From Nanobdellati archaeon (GTDB lineage Archaea; EX4484-52; GLR71): DNA of 48,882 nucleotides. Each line of letters begins with the position of its first letter. Position 1 is the first letter of the stretch. The position numbers and the translations under genes are program-made. The notes below the pieces were generated by a model. It did not search any database. It saw only the letters and a list, made by a program, of their open reading frames with translations, and was not told where the DNA came from. Shown here piece after piece: positions 28,971 through 40,352 of this stretch. The stretch spans positions 104,852 to 153,733 of the forward strand of contig JAHYJR010000002.1 in assembly GCA_019429005.1 (NCBI GenBank). Direction: 5' to 3'.

Positions 28971-30095
28971 TTAGTTTTCATCTTCTATCTCAGTTTCATC
29001 TCCAGAATCATCTGAATCAAGATATTCTGCACCATTAGCATTTCGTACTTCAGACACAATATTCTTTAAAATCTTATGAGCTTCTTTAAGCTCAACTTGA
29101 GACTGTTGCATATACCTATTTGATGTTTTTGCAACTTCACCTTTATTAATTGAATTATTTACACCTAAAAGATTAAGATTTGCATTCTTATATTGCTCTC
29201 TTGCCTGTTCAATCCTCTGATTAAACTCATCTACAAGATCTTGAATAACAGAAACATCTTTATTCTCAGCTTCCATTATAGCAATTATTGCATTAAGGCG
29301 CTCTCTAAGATGTGCTGTTTTCTCAACAACAAGACCAACTCTAGAATTTACAAGCATCTGTTCAACAAGTTTTATTTCATTTTTTGTCATTGTTAATTCT
29401 GCTTTAAGTGCAGATGAAACTAAAGCAATCTCTTCTTTTGTTGAGTTCTCATTAAGGTCACCTAACTGTGCTTTTAAAAGCTCTAAATTTGCAGTTCGCT
29501 GAGCAAGCCTTTCTTCTAAATTGCTTGCAATAACATCATCTATATCTTCAGAAAGATTAATTTTGTTTGATAGTGTATCTATTGCTGATATTAATACATC
29601 AACTATATTATTAAGATAACTTACAGAATCTTTCTTAAGCTGATTTTTTACATTAATACAATCATCAGAGGTTACATTTTTAGCTTTACAATCAGCATAT
29701 TTTGTTTTCTGTACTTCAAATTGTGATCTAATTTCACCAAAATTTAATTTTTTCTCTTGATATTTGTTAATAACTTGTTCTTTTTTCACATTTAATTCTT
29801 TAACACGCTCTTGAATTATAACACGTTTCTTAAATTCTGCTTTAACAAGAGCTGAATCAACCACATGTTTTACATTATCTTGTATTTTTATCTGATCTCT
29901 TGAACCATTATCCTCTGCATTATCTGAACCTGTAATAGACCCATTATCAGACCCAACATTTGTTGAAGTAACAAGACGAGTCGTACCAACTGCATTTTGC
30001 GCAGAAGCAAAAGGTATTATGCATAACATAAATACCAATCCAAAAACCAATATAATGGATTTGGACATTCCTGAAAAAATCGTTTTTGATATCAT
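28971..30095 (-). CDS. Secreted long coiled-coil protein
   Basis: Signal peptide ending ASA; helical heptads throughout; one Cys pair. Confidence 0.7.
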   Translation of the reverse strand: MISKTIFSGMSKSIILVFGLVFMLCIIPFASAQNAVGTTRLVTSTNVGSDNGSITGSDNAEDNGSRDQIKIQDNVKHVVDSALVKAEFKKRVIIQERVKELNVKKEQVINKYQEKKLNFGEIRSQFEVQKTKYADCKAKNVTSDDCINVKNQLKKDSVSYLNNIVDVLISAIDTLSNKINLSEDIDDVIASNLEERLAQRTANLELLKAQLGDLNENSTKEEIALVSSALKAELTMTKNEIKLVEQMLVNSRVGLVVEKTAHLRERLNAIIAIMEAENKDVSVIQDLVDEFNQRIEQAREQYKNANLNLLGVNNSINKGEVAKTSNRYMQQSQVELKEAHKILKNIVSEVRNANGAEYLDSDDSGDETEIEDEN

Positions 30096-30222
30096 TTTTA
30101 TCACAAATTTATTAATTATAAATCTAAATTATTTTTATTATTTAACAACAATTTGTAACGCCCATATATAAAGACACTTTACATCCACTAAATTTAAAAC
30201 TTTACCAATACTTATTTCCTAA

Positions 30223-30248
30223 AAATAAGACCAAAACGGTCTTTATTT
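30223..30248. promoter_or_regulatory. Imperfect inverted repeat (candidate operator) in divergent promoter
   Basis: AAATAAGACC-aaaac-GGTCTTTATTT between the ABC/surface cluster and the HTH regulator. Confidence 0.4.
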
Positions 30249-30291
30249 ACTTTACAAAAGCTATTTAAAATATATTTTACAATATAAGAAT

Positions 30292-31020
30292 ATGATATAT
30301 GACTTTAAATCAAAATCATTAATCAAAATTATACAAATAGTCATACTTCTTTTAATATCATCACTATTAATAGTACCAGTTTCCGCAGCAACAATCAAGG
30401 GAACAATATATGATTGGACAACCTTAACACCCCAAAAAAATGTTGTACTTGAAATAGACAGCATACCAAAACAACTTATTGTATTACCAGACGGAAAATA
30501 TGATATTGAACTTCCAAACGACAATTATACCCTTTATGCAAGATATTATGAAAACAATAATATTGAATCAGAAACCTCCGAAATTATCAGCATCACAAAA
30601 GATGGTATTTTTATAATAGACCTTATCCTAATGCCAACAATTGAAAATATTGATACATTAAATAATATAGACCTTATAATTGATGACTATTTCGAAGAAA
30701 CTGAAAATACATACAATAAATATATCCTATACTTAATAATCATATCAGCTTCAATTATTATATATTACAGATATCAAACATTAAAAAATAAAATATCAAA
30801 AACAAATACACCAAAAACACAAGATTCCGAACTCAACAAAATAATATCATTAATAAAAAATAACAATAACAGAATAACACAAAAAGAACTTAGAAAACAT
30901 ATGCCTTTTTCTGAAGCAAAGGTAAGTCTTATGCTTGACGACCTTGAAAATCAAAAAATAATAAGAAAAATAAAGAAAGGCCGTGCAAACATAATAATAT
31001 TGCAAGACCAAACAGGTTAA
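30292..31020 (+). CDS. Membrane-anchored winged-HTH protein (COG2512-like)
   Basis: Signal peptide, beta domain, TM, then RITQKELRKHMPFSEAKVSLMLDDLENQKIIRKIKKGRANII. Confidence 0.8.
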   Translation: MIYDFKSKSLIKIIQIVILLLISSLLIVPVSAATIKGTIYDWTTLTPQKNVVLEIDSIPKQLIVLPDGKYDIELPNDNYTLYARYYENNNIESETSEIISITKDGIFIIDLILMPTIENIDTLNNIDLIIDDYFEETENTYNKYILYLIIISASIIIYYRYQTLKNKISKTNTPKTQDSELNKIISLIKNNNNRITQKELRKHMPFSEAKVSLMLDDLENQKIIRKIKKGRANIIILQDQTG

Positions 31021-31037
31021 ATTGATTCAAATTTGAT

Positions 31038-32213
31038 TCAGATAAATTCTTTCATCTTTTCAAAAAAACCTTTACCTATATGAAGATTATCTTCACCAGA
31101 TTCTTCTGCAAACTCTTCAAGAAGCTTTTTCTGTTTTGAATTAAGTTTGTCTGGAATCTTAACAACAACTTTTACAAGCTGATCCCCTTGTTTACGACCA
31201 CCATGAACATCAGGCATACCTTCACCTTTAAGCCTAAAAACTGTATGACTTTGTGTTGCTTTAGGTATCTTCAATATAGCATGACCTGAAATTGTTGGAA
31301 CTTCAATCTCTGCACCAAATATAGCTTGAGTTATTGATATAATTGTTTTAATGAAAAGATCATTCTCAATCCGCTCAAAAACATCATGAGGCTTGACATG
31401 AATCTCAACATAAAGATTACCATTAGAACCACCATTGATACCAGGTGCACCTTCATTTGCAACCCTTAAATGAGAACCTGTTTCGACACCACCAGGAACT
31501 TGAATCTCAATTGTCTTTGTAACTCTAACAAGACCGTTACCCTCACAATCACCACAAGGCGTATCAATAACCTTACCCGTACCGTTACAATGATCACATA
31601 AAGATATATTTATCATCTGACCAAACATAGATTTTCGAATAGTTTTCTTCTCTCCAGAACCATTACAAACAGAACATGTTTTTGGACTTGTACCTTTTTT
31701 TGCACCAGTACCACCACAAGATGTACATTTATCATAATTAGGTATATGTATCTTTGTAGTCACACCAGAATGTGCATCTTCAAGAGTTATCTCAAGATCA
31801 TATTTTAAATCTGCACCTTCCTGTGGTCCTGATTTGCCACGACCTCTTTGACGTCCTCCACCACCAAACATAGAAAATATGTCAAAAACATCATTAAAAC
31901 CACCTGAAAAAAGATCATCAAATGAACCAAAACCGCCTCCATTACGACCAAAACCAGAACCTCCTGAAGAACCACCAGCACCTTGCGTAAATGCAGAATG
32001 ACCAAACTGATCATATTGTGCTTTTTTCTGGGGATTTCCAAGAGTTTGGAATGCACTATTAACTTCTTTAAATTTTTCTTCGGCTGCTTTTTGATTGTCA
32101 GGATTGACATCAGGATGCCACTTCCTTGCAAGATGACGATATGCTTTTTTTATCTCATCTGCTGTAGCATCCTTGCCAACACCTAAAACATCGTAATAAT
32201 TTTTATCAGCCAT
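31038..32213 (-). CDS. dnaJ: Chaperone DnaJ
   Basis: HPD, G/F region, four CxxCxGxG repeats. Confidence 0.98.
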   Translation of the reverse strand: MADKNYYDVLGVGKDATADEIKKAYRHLARKWHPDVNPDNQKAAEEKFKEVNSAFQTLGNPQKKAQYDQFGHSAFTQGAGGSSGGSGFGRNGGGFGSFDDLFSGGFNDVFDIFSMFGGGGRQRGRGKSGPQEGADLKYDLEITLEDAHSGVTTKIHIPNYDKCTSCGGTGAKKGTSPKTCSVCNGSGEKKTIRKSMFGQMINISLCDHCNGTGKVIDTPCGDCEGNGLVRVTKTIEIQVPGGVETGSHLRVANEGAPGINGGSNGNLYVEIHVKPHDVFERIENDLFIKTIISITQAIFGAEIEVPTISGHAILKIPKATQSHTVFRLKGEGMPDVHGGRKQGDQLVKVVVKIPDKLNSKQKKLLEEFAEESGEDNLHIGKGFFEKMKEFI

Positions 32214-32244
32214 TTTTTATTCACTTTATTTGATTTCAGTTTAC

Positions 32245-34134
32245 TTATTTTTTAGATGTTTTTTTATCTTTCTTTTCATCTTCTACTTTAAACTCAGCAT
32301 CAACGACTTTATCACCATCATCTTTTTTAGAATCAGTTGATTTTTTGTCGTTTGCCCCAGCCTCAGCAGCGACTTTATCAGCATCAGCTTGCTGATAGAT
32401 AGATGCACCTGCATCTTGTAAAATCTTTGAAAGATTATTTGTTTCAGTCTTTATTTTTACAGTATCATCAACCGATAATGCATCTTTAAGAGCTTTCATA
32501 CCAGATTCTATTTTTTTCTTATGATGATCTTGAAGCTTATCACCAAGTTCAGATAACATTTTTTCAGCTGAATAAGCAAGAGAATCTCCTGTATTTTTTA
32601 CTTCAACCTCTTCTTTCTTTTTCTTATCGACTTCTTCAAATTCTTTAGCCTTATTGACCATATCATTTATAGCGTCTTCAGAAAGTTTTGTGCTTGCACT
32701 TATTGTTATCTTCTGCTCTTTTCCAGTACCATGATCCTTTGCAGAAACACTAATAATACCGTTTGCATCAATATCAAAAGTTACCTCAATCTGTGGTATA
32801 CCTCTTGGTGCAGGTGGTATTCCTACAAGATTAAACTGTCCAAGACTTGTATTATCTTGTGCCATAGACCGTTCACCTTGAATAACATGTATAGTAACTG
32901 CTGTCTGATTATCAGCTGCAGTTGAAAACGTCTGACTTTTCTTTGTAGGTATTGTAGTATTTCTCTCAATTAAAGCCGTCATAACACTTCCAAGTGTCTC
33001 AATACCAAGTGTAAGTGGTGTAACGTCAAGTAAAACAAGATCTTTTACATCGCCTCCAAGAATACCTCCTTGAATTGCAGCACCCATAGCTACACACTCC
33101 ATTGGGTCAATACTCTTTTCGGGTTTTGAATCAACATACTTTTCAACAAATTTCTGTATGATTGGCATTCTTGTTGGTCCACCGACAAGTATAACCTTAT
33201 CAATTTCGTTTTTTGAAAGACCTGCATCTTTTATGGCTTGCTCAATAGGATGCTTACATTTTTCAACCACAGTCTCAATCAATTTTTCAAGAGTTGATCT
33301 TGATATTTTCATAACAAGATGTTTAGGTCCAGAATCTGTTGCAGTTATATACGGAAGATTGATATCAGTTTCAACAACTGTAGATAATTCAATCTTTGCT
33401 TTTTCAGCTACTTCTTTTACTCTCTGAATAGCCATACTATCTTTGCTTAAATCAACACCTTCTGCTCTTTTAAATTCATCTACAATGTAATCAACTATAG
33501 CAGTATCCATATCAGTTCCACCAAGATGAGTATCTCCAGATGTAGACAATACTGTAAATGCACCATCACCAAATTCCATAATAGTTACATCAAGTGTACC
33601 ACCACCAAGATCAAAGACAAGTATCTTATGCTCACCAGTCTTATCAAGACCATATGACATTGACGCAGCAGTCGGTTCGTTCACAAGCCTTACAACATCA
33701 AGACCTGCAATCTGTCCAGCATCTTTTGTAGCTGTTCTCTGATTATCATTAAAATATGCTGGTACTGTTATTACAACTTTCTTTACTTCTTCACCTAAAA
33801 ATGCTTCTGCATCTCTTTTAATCTTCTGTAAAATAAAAGCAGAAATTTGTTGCGGTGTATACGTTTTTCCATGTACCTTAAAGGTATGATTTGTACCAAT
33901 ATGTCTTTTTGCAGCAAAGATTGTACCTTCGGGATTAGAAATTGCCTGACGTCTTGCCGGCTCTCCTACAAGAAGCTCACCATCTTTTGTAAATGCAATA
34001 ACTGATGGAAACATTTTTCCAGCAACAGTTGCACCTTCAGCAGAAGGGATTATTGTTGGTTTTCCACCCATCATCACAGATGCCTGTGAATTTGATGTTC
34101 CTAAATCTATACCTACTATTTTTTCTTTAGCCAT
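32245..34134 (-). CDS. dnaK: Chaperone DnaK (Hsp70)
   Basis: [47 protein letters not shown]. Confidence 0.99.
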   Translation of the reverse strand: MAKEKIVGIDLGTSNSQASVMMGGKPTIIPSAEGATVAGKMFPSVIAFTKDGELLVGEPARRQAISNPEGTIFAAKRHIGTNHTFKVHGKTYTPQQISAFILQKIKRDAEAFLGEEVKKVVITVPAYFNDNQRTATKDAGQIAGLDVVRLVNEPTAASMSYGLDKTGEHKILVFDLGGGTLDVTIMEFGDGAFTVLSTSGDTHLGGTDMDTAIVDYIVDEFKRAEGVDLSKDSMAIQRVKEVAEKAKIELSTVVETDINLPYITATDSGPKHLVMKISRSTLEKLIETVVEKCKHPIEQAIKDAGLSKNEIDKVILVGGPTRMPIIQKFVEKYVDSKPEKSIDPMECVAMGAAIQGGILGGDVKDLVLLDVTPLTLGIETLGSVMTALIERNTTIPTKKSQTFSTAADNQTAVTIHVIQGERSMAQDNTSLGQFNLVGIPPAPRGIPQIEVTFDIDANGIISVSAKDHGTGKEQKITISASTKLSEDAINDMVNKAKEFEEVDKKKKEEVEVKNTGDSLAYSAEKMLSELGDKLQDHHKKKIESGMKALKDALSVDDTVKIKTETNNLSKILQDAGASIYQQADADKVAAEAGANDKKSTDSKKDDGDKVVDAEFKVEDEKKDKKTSKK

Positions 34135-34690
34135 TTTTATTACCTCCAGATATTTTTACTTTTGAATGCCTTATTACATTTGAACCTACCATATATCCTG
34201 CTTGTAATTCCTCAAGAATCATATTTTCATTTTTTTCTGAAACACATTTAAGAAGAACTTCATGATAATAAGAATCAAACATTTTATCAACAGTTTCTAT
34301 TTTTTTTAATCCCATTTCAGAAAGAGTTTTCATAAGATTCTTAAATACAAGTTCAACACCTTTACGATCCTCATCATTTTCCATTGAGATTATTGCTCTC
34401 TCAAGATCATCAACTATAGGAAGAAGCTTTTTTATGATGATGCCATTTGCATTTTTTATAACATCTTGTCTTTCTTTTTCACTATATTTCTTGAAATTTT
34501 CAAAGTCTGCTTGAAGTTGTTGTATATGTCCTAAATAACTACTTGACTTTTTAATTTCTGCTTCAAGCTGACTCTTAGGGTCTAACAAAACCTCAATTTT
34601 ATCTTCCGAAGTATGCTCTTTAGCTGAAACATCATCATTTTCAGACGTATGTTTAACATCGTTTTTTTCGATTTTATCTTTGTGTACCAT
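34127..34690 (-). CDS. grpE: Nucleotide exchange factor GrpE
   Basis: [27 protein letters not shown]...VIRHSKV; ATG 34690 follows a GGAG SD. Confidence 0.95.
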   Translation of the reverse strand: MVHKDKIEKNDVKHTSENDDVSAKEHTSEDKIEVLLDPKSQLEAEIKKSSSYLGHIQQLQADFENFKKYSEKERQDVIKNANGIIIKKLLPIVDDLERAIISMENDEDRKGVELVFKNLMKTLSEMGLKKIETVDKMFDSYYHEVLLKCVSEKNENMILEELQAGYMVGSNVIRHSKVKISGGNKNG

Positions 34691-35154
34691 AAACAACACA
34701 CTCCTAAAGGAATAACATATAAATTGAAAACAAAAACTCAAAGTTATATGTTCATGTAAGTATACATAAAATAGATAAATATCTTTAAAAACTTTTTGGA
34801 TTTTGATTAAAAATCAGTTAAAAATTTAAAAAATAAACATATATCATATCTATTAATCTAACATTTTAAAAAATTTCTTGTCAATCCATTTTATTTTTAA
34901 TAATAAATTAAGAAGATCCGATTCAACTGTAGTTAATTTTTTATTAAATTCAAATGTCTTTAAAATATATTCTTCAACATCTTTAACTTTGAGTATATAA
35001 CTTATATTTAATAGCACATATGCTTAAACAAGATTATCATGTATGTCGTATTCCTAAAGAAAAATTAGAAAAGGTAATTGACCATTTCAGTGGACATGAC
35101 GGTATGTAAAATCAAAAAATTGAAAAAAATATAATATCAAAATAAACTAAAAAA

Positions 35155-36927
35155 CTAAACAAAATCCCAATGCCTATCTTTTTTAACCATTATCTCACGA
35201 ATAAGCTCTAAAGTATTAATCTCATCACCGCTCATAAGTTCCTTATTCTCAATCAGTTTTTTATAATCAGACTGATTCAAAACGGTAAAAACCTCATCAC
35301 CTTCCTTAAGGTTTCTGCCCATAACAGCACCATCAACAGAAACAGCAACACGTTCACCCATTTTAACTTCCTTTACATTCACACCTTTAGACTGTATCTG
35401 CTTAACACGTCCCACAACAGTACCATCACGCTTCATCAGTTTGACACCATCTTTCAAAAGACCACCAAGTATATCAAAACCACAAATTGCAGGTCCAGAT
35501 TGCCTAAATACAAAACCTTGAGCCTGTACCAAATGTGCCGGTCTTGTAACAGCAGCTATAACTTCTCGTTTTTTCTTCTCTTCAAGCTGTTTTTCATATT
35601 CGTCATAATCTTCAATTAGACGATATATTACACGATTTGAAAAAAGATTAACACCACTATAATCAATCTCAACTGTTGCATCAGCAAGAACCTCAACATT
35701 GAAGGCAAAAATGATTTTATATTTCTCATCAACAGCACGAACAGACACAACATCTTTTTTAGTAACAGGACCAATATTTGCAAGCTTTATAGGTATTCCT
35801 TTTTCTTTAAGAAGTGTAACCATAGCTTCAAGACCACCGATTGTATCTGCTTTAATTACAACACCTTCACTTTCAGTCTCAAATCGAATAGTATCTATTG
35901 TCTCATTAACCTCTTTTTTAACTGCTTCAATATCTTTCTCTACACGCATAGCAACAATAGGCACACCTGGAATAACATCATCAAGTCCTGTTGCTGATAT
36001 TTTAAATCCTGAAGCCGCATGTACCTCATCTAACTGCTTAAATTGCTTTTCTACACGAATATCACGCATTGGTTCTGGTTTAAGTATTGCTTTAACTTTA
36101 GTCTTTATTGCACCACTTGGATGACCTATCACAAGAACATCATTACGCCTTATCAAACCATCATAAAGTATAACATCAATTGTCATACCAAGACCTTTAA
36201 TTTCTTTTACTTCAAGTATTGTACCCCTACCAGGACCATCCTCATCAATCTCAAGAGTTTTTCCAAGGTATTTTTGAGTCACACCTGAAAGTATTGTAAG
36301 AAGCTCAGACATACCTTCACCATTCTGAGCAGAAATTGGAACAACACATATCTGTTTTGTAAAGTCTTCAACACGATCAAATCGATCAACCTGAAAACCT
36401 CTATCAAAAAACTGCCCTATCAATTCATAAATTTTCATGTCAAGATGCTCTTTCACATCATCTCTTTGCTTACCATAACTCTCAAGAAAACACATACCTT
36501 TATTTTTTTGCCACCCTGAAAGTTTATCTATCTTATTTGCAGCAACAATAAAAGGTGTTTTTGATTTTTTTAATATAGTTATTACTTCATCAGTCTGAGG
36601 CCTAAAACCTTCTGTAATATCAATAACAACAATTGCAATATCAGCAAGACTGCCACCACGCTCACGAAGAGGTGTAAAAACAGCATGACCTGGAGTATCT
36701 ATAAACAGAAGTCCTGGAAATGTAACATCCATATTCCATTTTTCAAATAAATTAGAACAAATAGCCTTTATATTTTTAATTGGAATTTCTGTAGCACCTA
36801 TATGCTGAGTAATACCACCAGCTTCACCTCCAGCAACATTCGTTCCGCGTATATAATCAAGAAGTGTTGTTTTCCCATGATCTACATGTGCTAAGATAGC
36901 TATGATTGGTTGACGTATCTTGGACAT
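35155..36927 (-). CDS. infB: Translation initiation factor aIF5B (IF-2)
   Basis: RQPIIAILAHVDHGKT, GGITQHIGA, FIDTPGH, ANKID, KADTIGGLEA. Confidence 0.97.
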   Translation of the reverse strand: MSKIRQPIIAILAHVDHGKTTLLDYIRGTNVAGGEAGGITQHIGATEIPIKNIKAICSNLFEKWNMDVTFPGLLFIDTPGHAVFTPLRERGGSLADIAIVVIDITEGFRPQTDEVITILKKSKTPFIVAANKIDKLSGWQKNKGMCFLESYGKQRDDVKEHLDMKIYELIGQFFDRGFQVDRFDRVEDFTKQICVVPISAQNGEGMSELLTILSGVTQKYLGKTLEIDEDGPGRGTILEVKEIKGLGMTIDVILYDGLIRRNDVLVIGHPSGAIKTKVKAILKPEPMRDIRVEKQFKQLDEVHAASGFKISATGLDDVIPGVPIVAMRVEKDIEAVKKEVNETIDTIRFETESEGVVIKADTIGGLEAMVTLLKEKGIPIKLANIGPVTKKDVVSVRAVDEKYKIIFAFNVEVLADATVEIDYSGVNLFSNRVIYRLIEDYDEYEKQLEEKKKREVIAAVTRPAHLVQAQGFVFRQSGPAICGFDILGGLLKDGVKLMKRDGTVVGRVKQIQSKGVNVKEVKMGERVAVSVDGAVMGRNLKEGDEVFTVLNQSDYKKLIENKELMSGDEINTLELIREIMVKKDRHWDFV

Positions 36928-37102
36928 AAAAAACACCTGAAAACATATAAATCTGCTTTATACATAATTCTTTATATTTTTTTCTTTGTTTTATTAAAAA
37001 GATAATAAAAATAACCATTTTTAATGCAACAAAAACAAAACCTTTAAATACATTTACATGCCTTCTATTAATATTTTAAATCAAAAAAACACGGCCTATA
37101 TA

Positions 37103-37582
37103 ATGAAAAAAATATTAAAACAAATCGAAAAAATATTAAAAGAAGATAGTATCTTAAATGACCTAATTTGGGTTTTAACAGGAATTCTAATTGCATTATT
37201 AATTTATTATGGTATGGGTCTAATACTTACAACGACAAAACCCATGGTTACAGTTATTTCAGAATCAATGTACCCTACATTAACAAGAGGTGATATGCTA
37301 ATATTAAAAGGCATAGATCCTTCAGACATTAAAGTTGGTGATATAATTGTTTACAATTACGCTCCAAAAAACAAATTAATCGTTCATAGAATATATAATA
37401 TAAATGAAGATGGCACATTCAAAACAAAAGGAGATAACAACGAAACAAATAAAAATCCAGACCCTTGGATAGTACAACCTGAATGGGTTGTTGGAACAAT
37501 GATATATCAAATACCAAAATTAGGATATCCACGAATAATTATAGGAGAAACAGTACAAAAAATATATCAGACAATAATATAA
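37103..37582 (+). CDS. sec11: Signal peptidase I, Sec11 type
   Basis: TM, VISESMYPTL, IVHRI, TKGDNN, IPKLG. Confidence 0.92.
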   Translation: MKKILKQIEKILKEDSILNDLIWVLTGILIALLIYYGMGLILTTTKPMVTVISESMYPTLTRGDMLILKGIDPSDIKVGDIIVYNYAPKNKLIVHRIYNINEDGTFKTKGDNNETNKNPDPWIVQPEWVVGTMIYQIPKLGYPRIIIGETVQKIYQTII

Positions 37583-37597
37583 CTAAAATGTGATACT

Positions 37598-37924
37598 ATG
37601 GAATTATGTCAAAAATGCAAAAGTTTGCTTATGCCAGTTAAGACTGATGGAAAGATAATACTTCAATGTAGAGTTTGCAACAACCAAACAAAGGCAAACG
37701 GCAATAATATGAAAATAACTGAAAAAATTGAACATGAATCAAAAGATAATATACCCGTTTTTGATGAATCCAATATAACACTACCAAAAATGAAAATGTT
37801 ATGTCCAAAATGTGATAATTCTGAAGTATATTGGTGGACACGTCAAACAAGATCAACAGATGAACCTGAAACACGATTTTATAGATGTACTACATGCAAA
37901 TATACTTGGAGAGAATATAGTTAA
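37598..37924 (+). CDS. tfs: Transcription factor S
   Basis: Two Zn ribbons; QTRSTDEPETRFYRC. Confidence 0.95.
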   Translation: MELCQKCKSLLMPVKTDGKIILQCRVCNNQTKANGNNMKITEKIEHESKDNIPVFDESNITLPKMKMLCPKCDNSEVYWWTRQTRSTDEPETRFYRCTTCKYTWREYS

Positions 37925-37996
37925 TTTGGTATTATCTTTTTTAATTTAAATAAAAACAAATCATATTTATTTAAATATTTCTTACAAATATTTATT

Positions 37997-38305
37997 ATGT
38001 ATATATTTAAAGAATCTCTAGCAATTGAGAAAGATATAAAAAACATTAATAATAAGGATAATAAAGTAAAAATCTTAGGTACAGTCATATCTAAAATAAA
38101 TAAAAATCTTATAATTGATGATAAAACAGGAACTATAAATGTAACATCTACTGATGATATAAACAATATATTCGAAGGTCAGATTGTTCGTATTTTTGGT
38201 CGTGTAGCAAATGATACATTATTTGCCGAAATAATACAAGACATGACAAAACTTGATATTGAACTTTATAAAAAAGCAAAAGTAAAATGGGAAGGTATTT
38301 GGTGA
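37997..38305 (+). CDS. Small OB-fold protein (RPA small subunit-like)
   Basis: VKILGTV, IIDDKTGTI, VRIFGRV, AEIIQDMTKLD; adjacent to pcn. Confidence 0.7.
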   Translation: MYIFKESLAIEKDIKNINNKDNKVKILGTVISKINKNLIIDDKTGTINVTSTDDINNIFEGQIVRIFGRVANDTLFAEIIQDMTKLDIELYKKAKVKWEGIW

Positions 38306-38310
38306 TATGA

Positions 38311-39060
38311 ATGTTTAAAGCAGTATTAAATGAAATTACATTATTAAGAGATGCTCTAACAAGTGTTTCAGAATTCATAAGTGAAGGTACATTCAAAATT
38401 GAAAAAGAATGTATTACACTTAATGCAACCGACCCTACAATGGTTGTCCTTGTAAATTTTAAATTCATGAAAAACCAATTTGAAACCTACGATTTTAAAG
38501 AAAATAAACGAATTTCACTTAATATTGATAACCTTCTTTCAACACTTAAGAGAGCAAAAGCTGCCGATAAAACAACATTTGAACTTGATGAAGAAAATAA
38601 TAAGTTTAAAATAATATTTGAAGGCGCAGCAATACGTAAATTTGTAATACCATTAATTGATTTAGAAGAAACAGAACCACCTGAAATGAATCTTGAATTC
38701 GATGCAACTATAGATATATCCAGTTCAGTACTTGAGGACGGTATAGGCGATGCATCTATTGTAACAGACACAATCACATTTGGAGCAGACGCAAAAGAAT
38801 TTACTATGACTGCAAATGGTGATTTTAATAACATGAAATTACAACTTGAAAAAGGTGCAGAAGGTCTTATTAACCTAAAAGCAGATTTAAATATATCTTC
38901 AAAATACAGTCTAGATTATCTAAAAAAAATTATAAAAGCAAGTAAAATATCAAACAGCACAAGACTTGAGATGGGAAATGATTACCCAATCAAAATAACA
39001 TTCCGTCAGATAGACAAACTTGAACTAGCATACATACTTGCACCAAGAGTTGAGGATTAA
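38311..39060 (+). CDS. pcn: PCNA sliding clamp
   Basis: ATDPTMVVLV, SKYSLDYLKK, DYPI, YILAPRVED. Confidence 0.97.
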   Translation: MFKAVLNEITLLRDALTSVSEFISEGTFKIEKECITLNATDPTMVVLVNFKFMKNQFETYDFKENKRISLNIDNLLSTLKRAKAADKTTFELDEENNKFKIIFEGAAIRKFVIPLIDLEETEPPEMNLEFDATIDISSSVLEDGIGDASIVTDTITFGADAKEFTMTANGDFNNMKLQLEKGAEGLINLKADLNISSKYSLDYLKKIIKASKISNSTRLEMGNDYPIKITFRQIDKLELAYILAPRVED

Positions 39061-39164
39061 ATATCCCCAGCCAAACATTTTTCTTGCATAATTTTTTTCT
39101 TACATTATTGTTAGGATTTTCTTATTTTCATAAAAGATATATAAATTAAAAACAAATAATTTTT

Positions 39165-39515
39165 ATGAAATTTTATCTTATTTCAATCATTTTATTAATG
39201 ACGATATTTATATCAGGTTGTACAGACATAAACATAAATACTGAAAATGAAACAAATCAACTTGCAAACCCAGCCGCAGTGCTATGTCAGGATAAAGGAC
39301 ATTCTTATGAAATCCGAACAGATAAAGACCAAAACCAATACGGTATATGTACCATCAACGGTGTAGAATGTGATGCATGGGATTTCTATCGCGGTGATTG
39401 CCCAACATGCGAGAAATGGTGCCCCTCACAACCGCACATTATGTGTGTCGGAAATTGGAACATAAGCGGAACTTATCCAAAATGTAATTGTATGTATACT
39501 TGTGTTGTTGAGTAA
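39165..39515 (+). CDS. DUF333-like Cys-rich lipoprotein
   Basis: Lipobox ISGC; LANPAAVLC...GIC...CDAWDFYRG; extra Cys-rich C-terminal module. Confidence 0.8.
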   Translation: MKFYLISIILLMTIFISGCTDININTENETNQLANPAAVLCQDKGHSYEIRTDKDQNQYGICTINGVECDAWDFYRGDCPTCEKWCPSQPHIMCVGNWNISGTYPKCNCMYTCVVE

Positions 39516-39606
39516 GTTAGATTATTTGCTGCGAAATTAATTAAAAAAATAAATTAAACAAAAATAATCCCGCAACCCATATAAACATAAATATCCCTAT
39601 ATCACT

Positions 39607-40338
39607 ATGGACCCCTTGTACATAATACTTATCATAAGTGTAATAGGTCCCATTTTAGGTTCACTTATAGGAGTACTGAAAAAACCATCCGAATTATTCA
39701 CATTCAATATGCTTTCTTTTGCAGCAGGTGTAATGCTTGCAATATCATTTCTGGAATTAATACCAAAAAGTATCGAACATTCAACAGTATGGCTAAGTGC
39801 TATAGGTTTACTCATTGGCACTATTTTTATGTATGGAGTCGATAAACTAATACCACATATTCACCCTGAAACATTCGAACTTGAACAAGGAACTAAAATT
39901 AAAAAAACATCCAAATACCTCCTAATCGGAATGTTTATGCATAACCTACCTGAAGGTATGGCTATCGCAACAGGATTCATAAATGGTTTCAGCTCAACAT
40001 TAGCAATAGCAATCGCAATTGCAATACATAATATACCAGAAGGAATCTGTACAAGTTCAGCATATTATTATTCAAGCAAAAATAGATTAAAATCATTCTT
40101 ATTATCATCATCAACAGCAATACCAATAATGATTGGTTTTATAATAGCACAATTCATTTTCAAAAATATACCGCTTACAATTATAAGTATGATAATTGCG
40201 GCAACAGCAGGTGTAATGATTTATATCGCCGCAGACGAACTAATACCTACATCTTGTAATACAAATAACAAAAAATGGAACCATAGCACAATATTTTCCT
40301 TGATTTTCGGTGTACTTTTTGTAATGATACTTATTTAA
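39607..40338 (+). CDS. ZIP family (GufA/ZupT) divalent metal transporter
   Basis: FAAGVML, ELIP, HNLPEG, HNIPEG, DELIP. Confidence 0.93.
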   Translation: MDPLYIILIISVIGPILGSLIGVLKKPSELFTFNMLSFAAGVMLAISFLELIPKSIEHSTVWLSAIGLLIGTIFMYGVDKLIPHIHPETFELEQGTKIKKTSKYLLIGMFMHNLPEGMAIATGFINGFSSTLAIAIAIAIHNIPEGICTSSAYYYSSKNRLKSFLLSSSTAIPIMIGFIIAQFIFKNIPLTIISMIIAATAGVMIYIAADELIPTSCNTNNKKWNHSTIFSLIFGVLFVMILI

Positions 40339-40352
40339 TCAAAAAAACAAAA

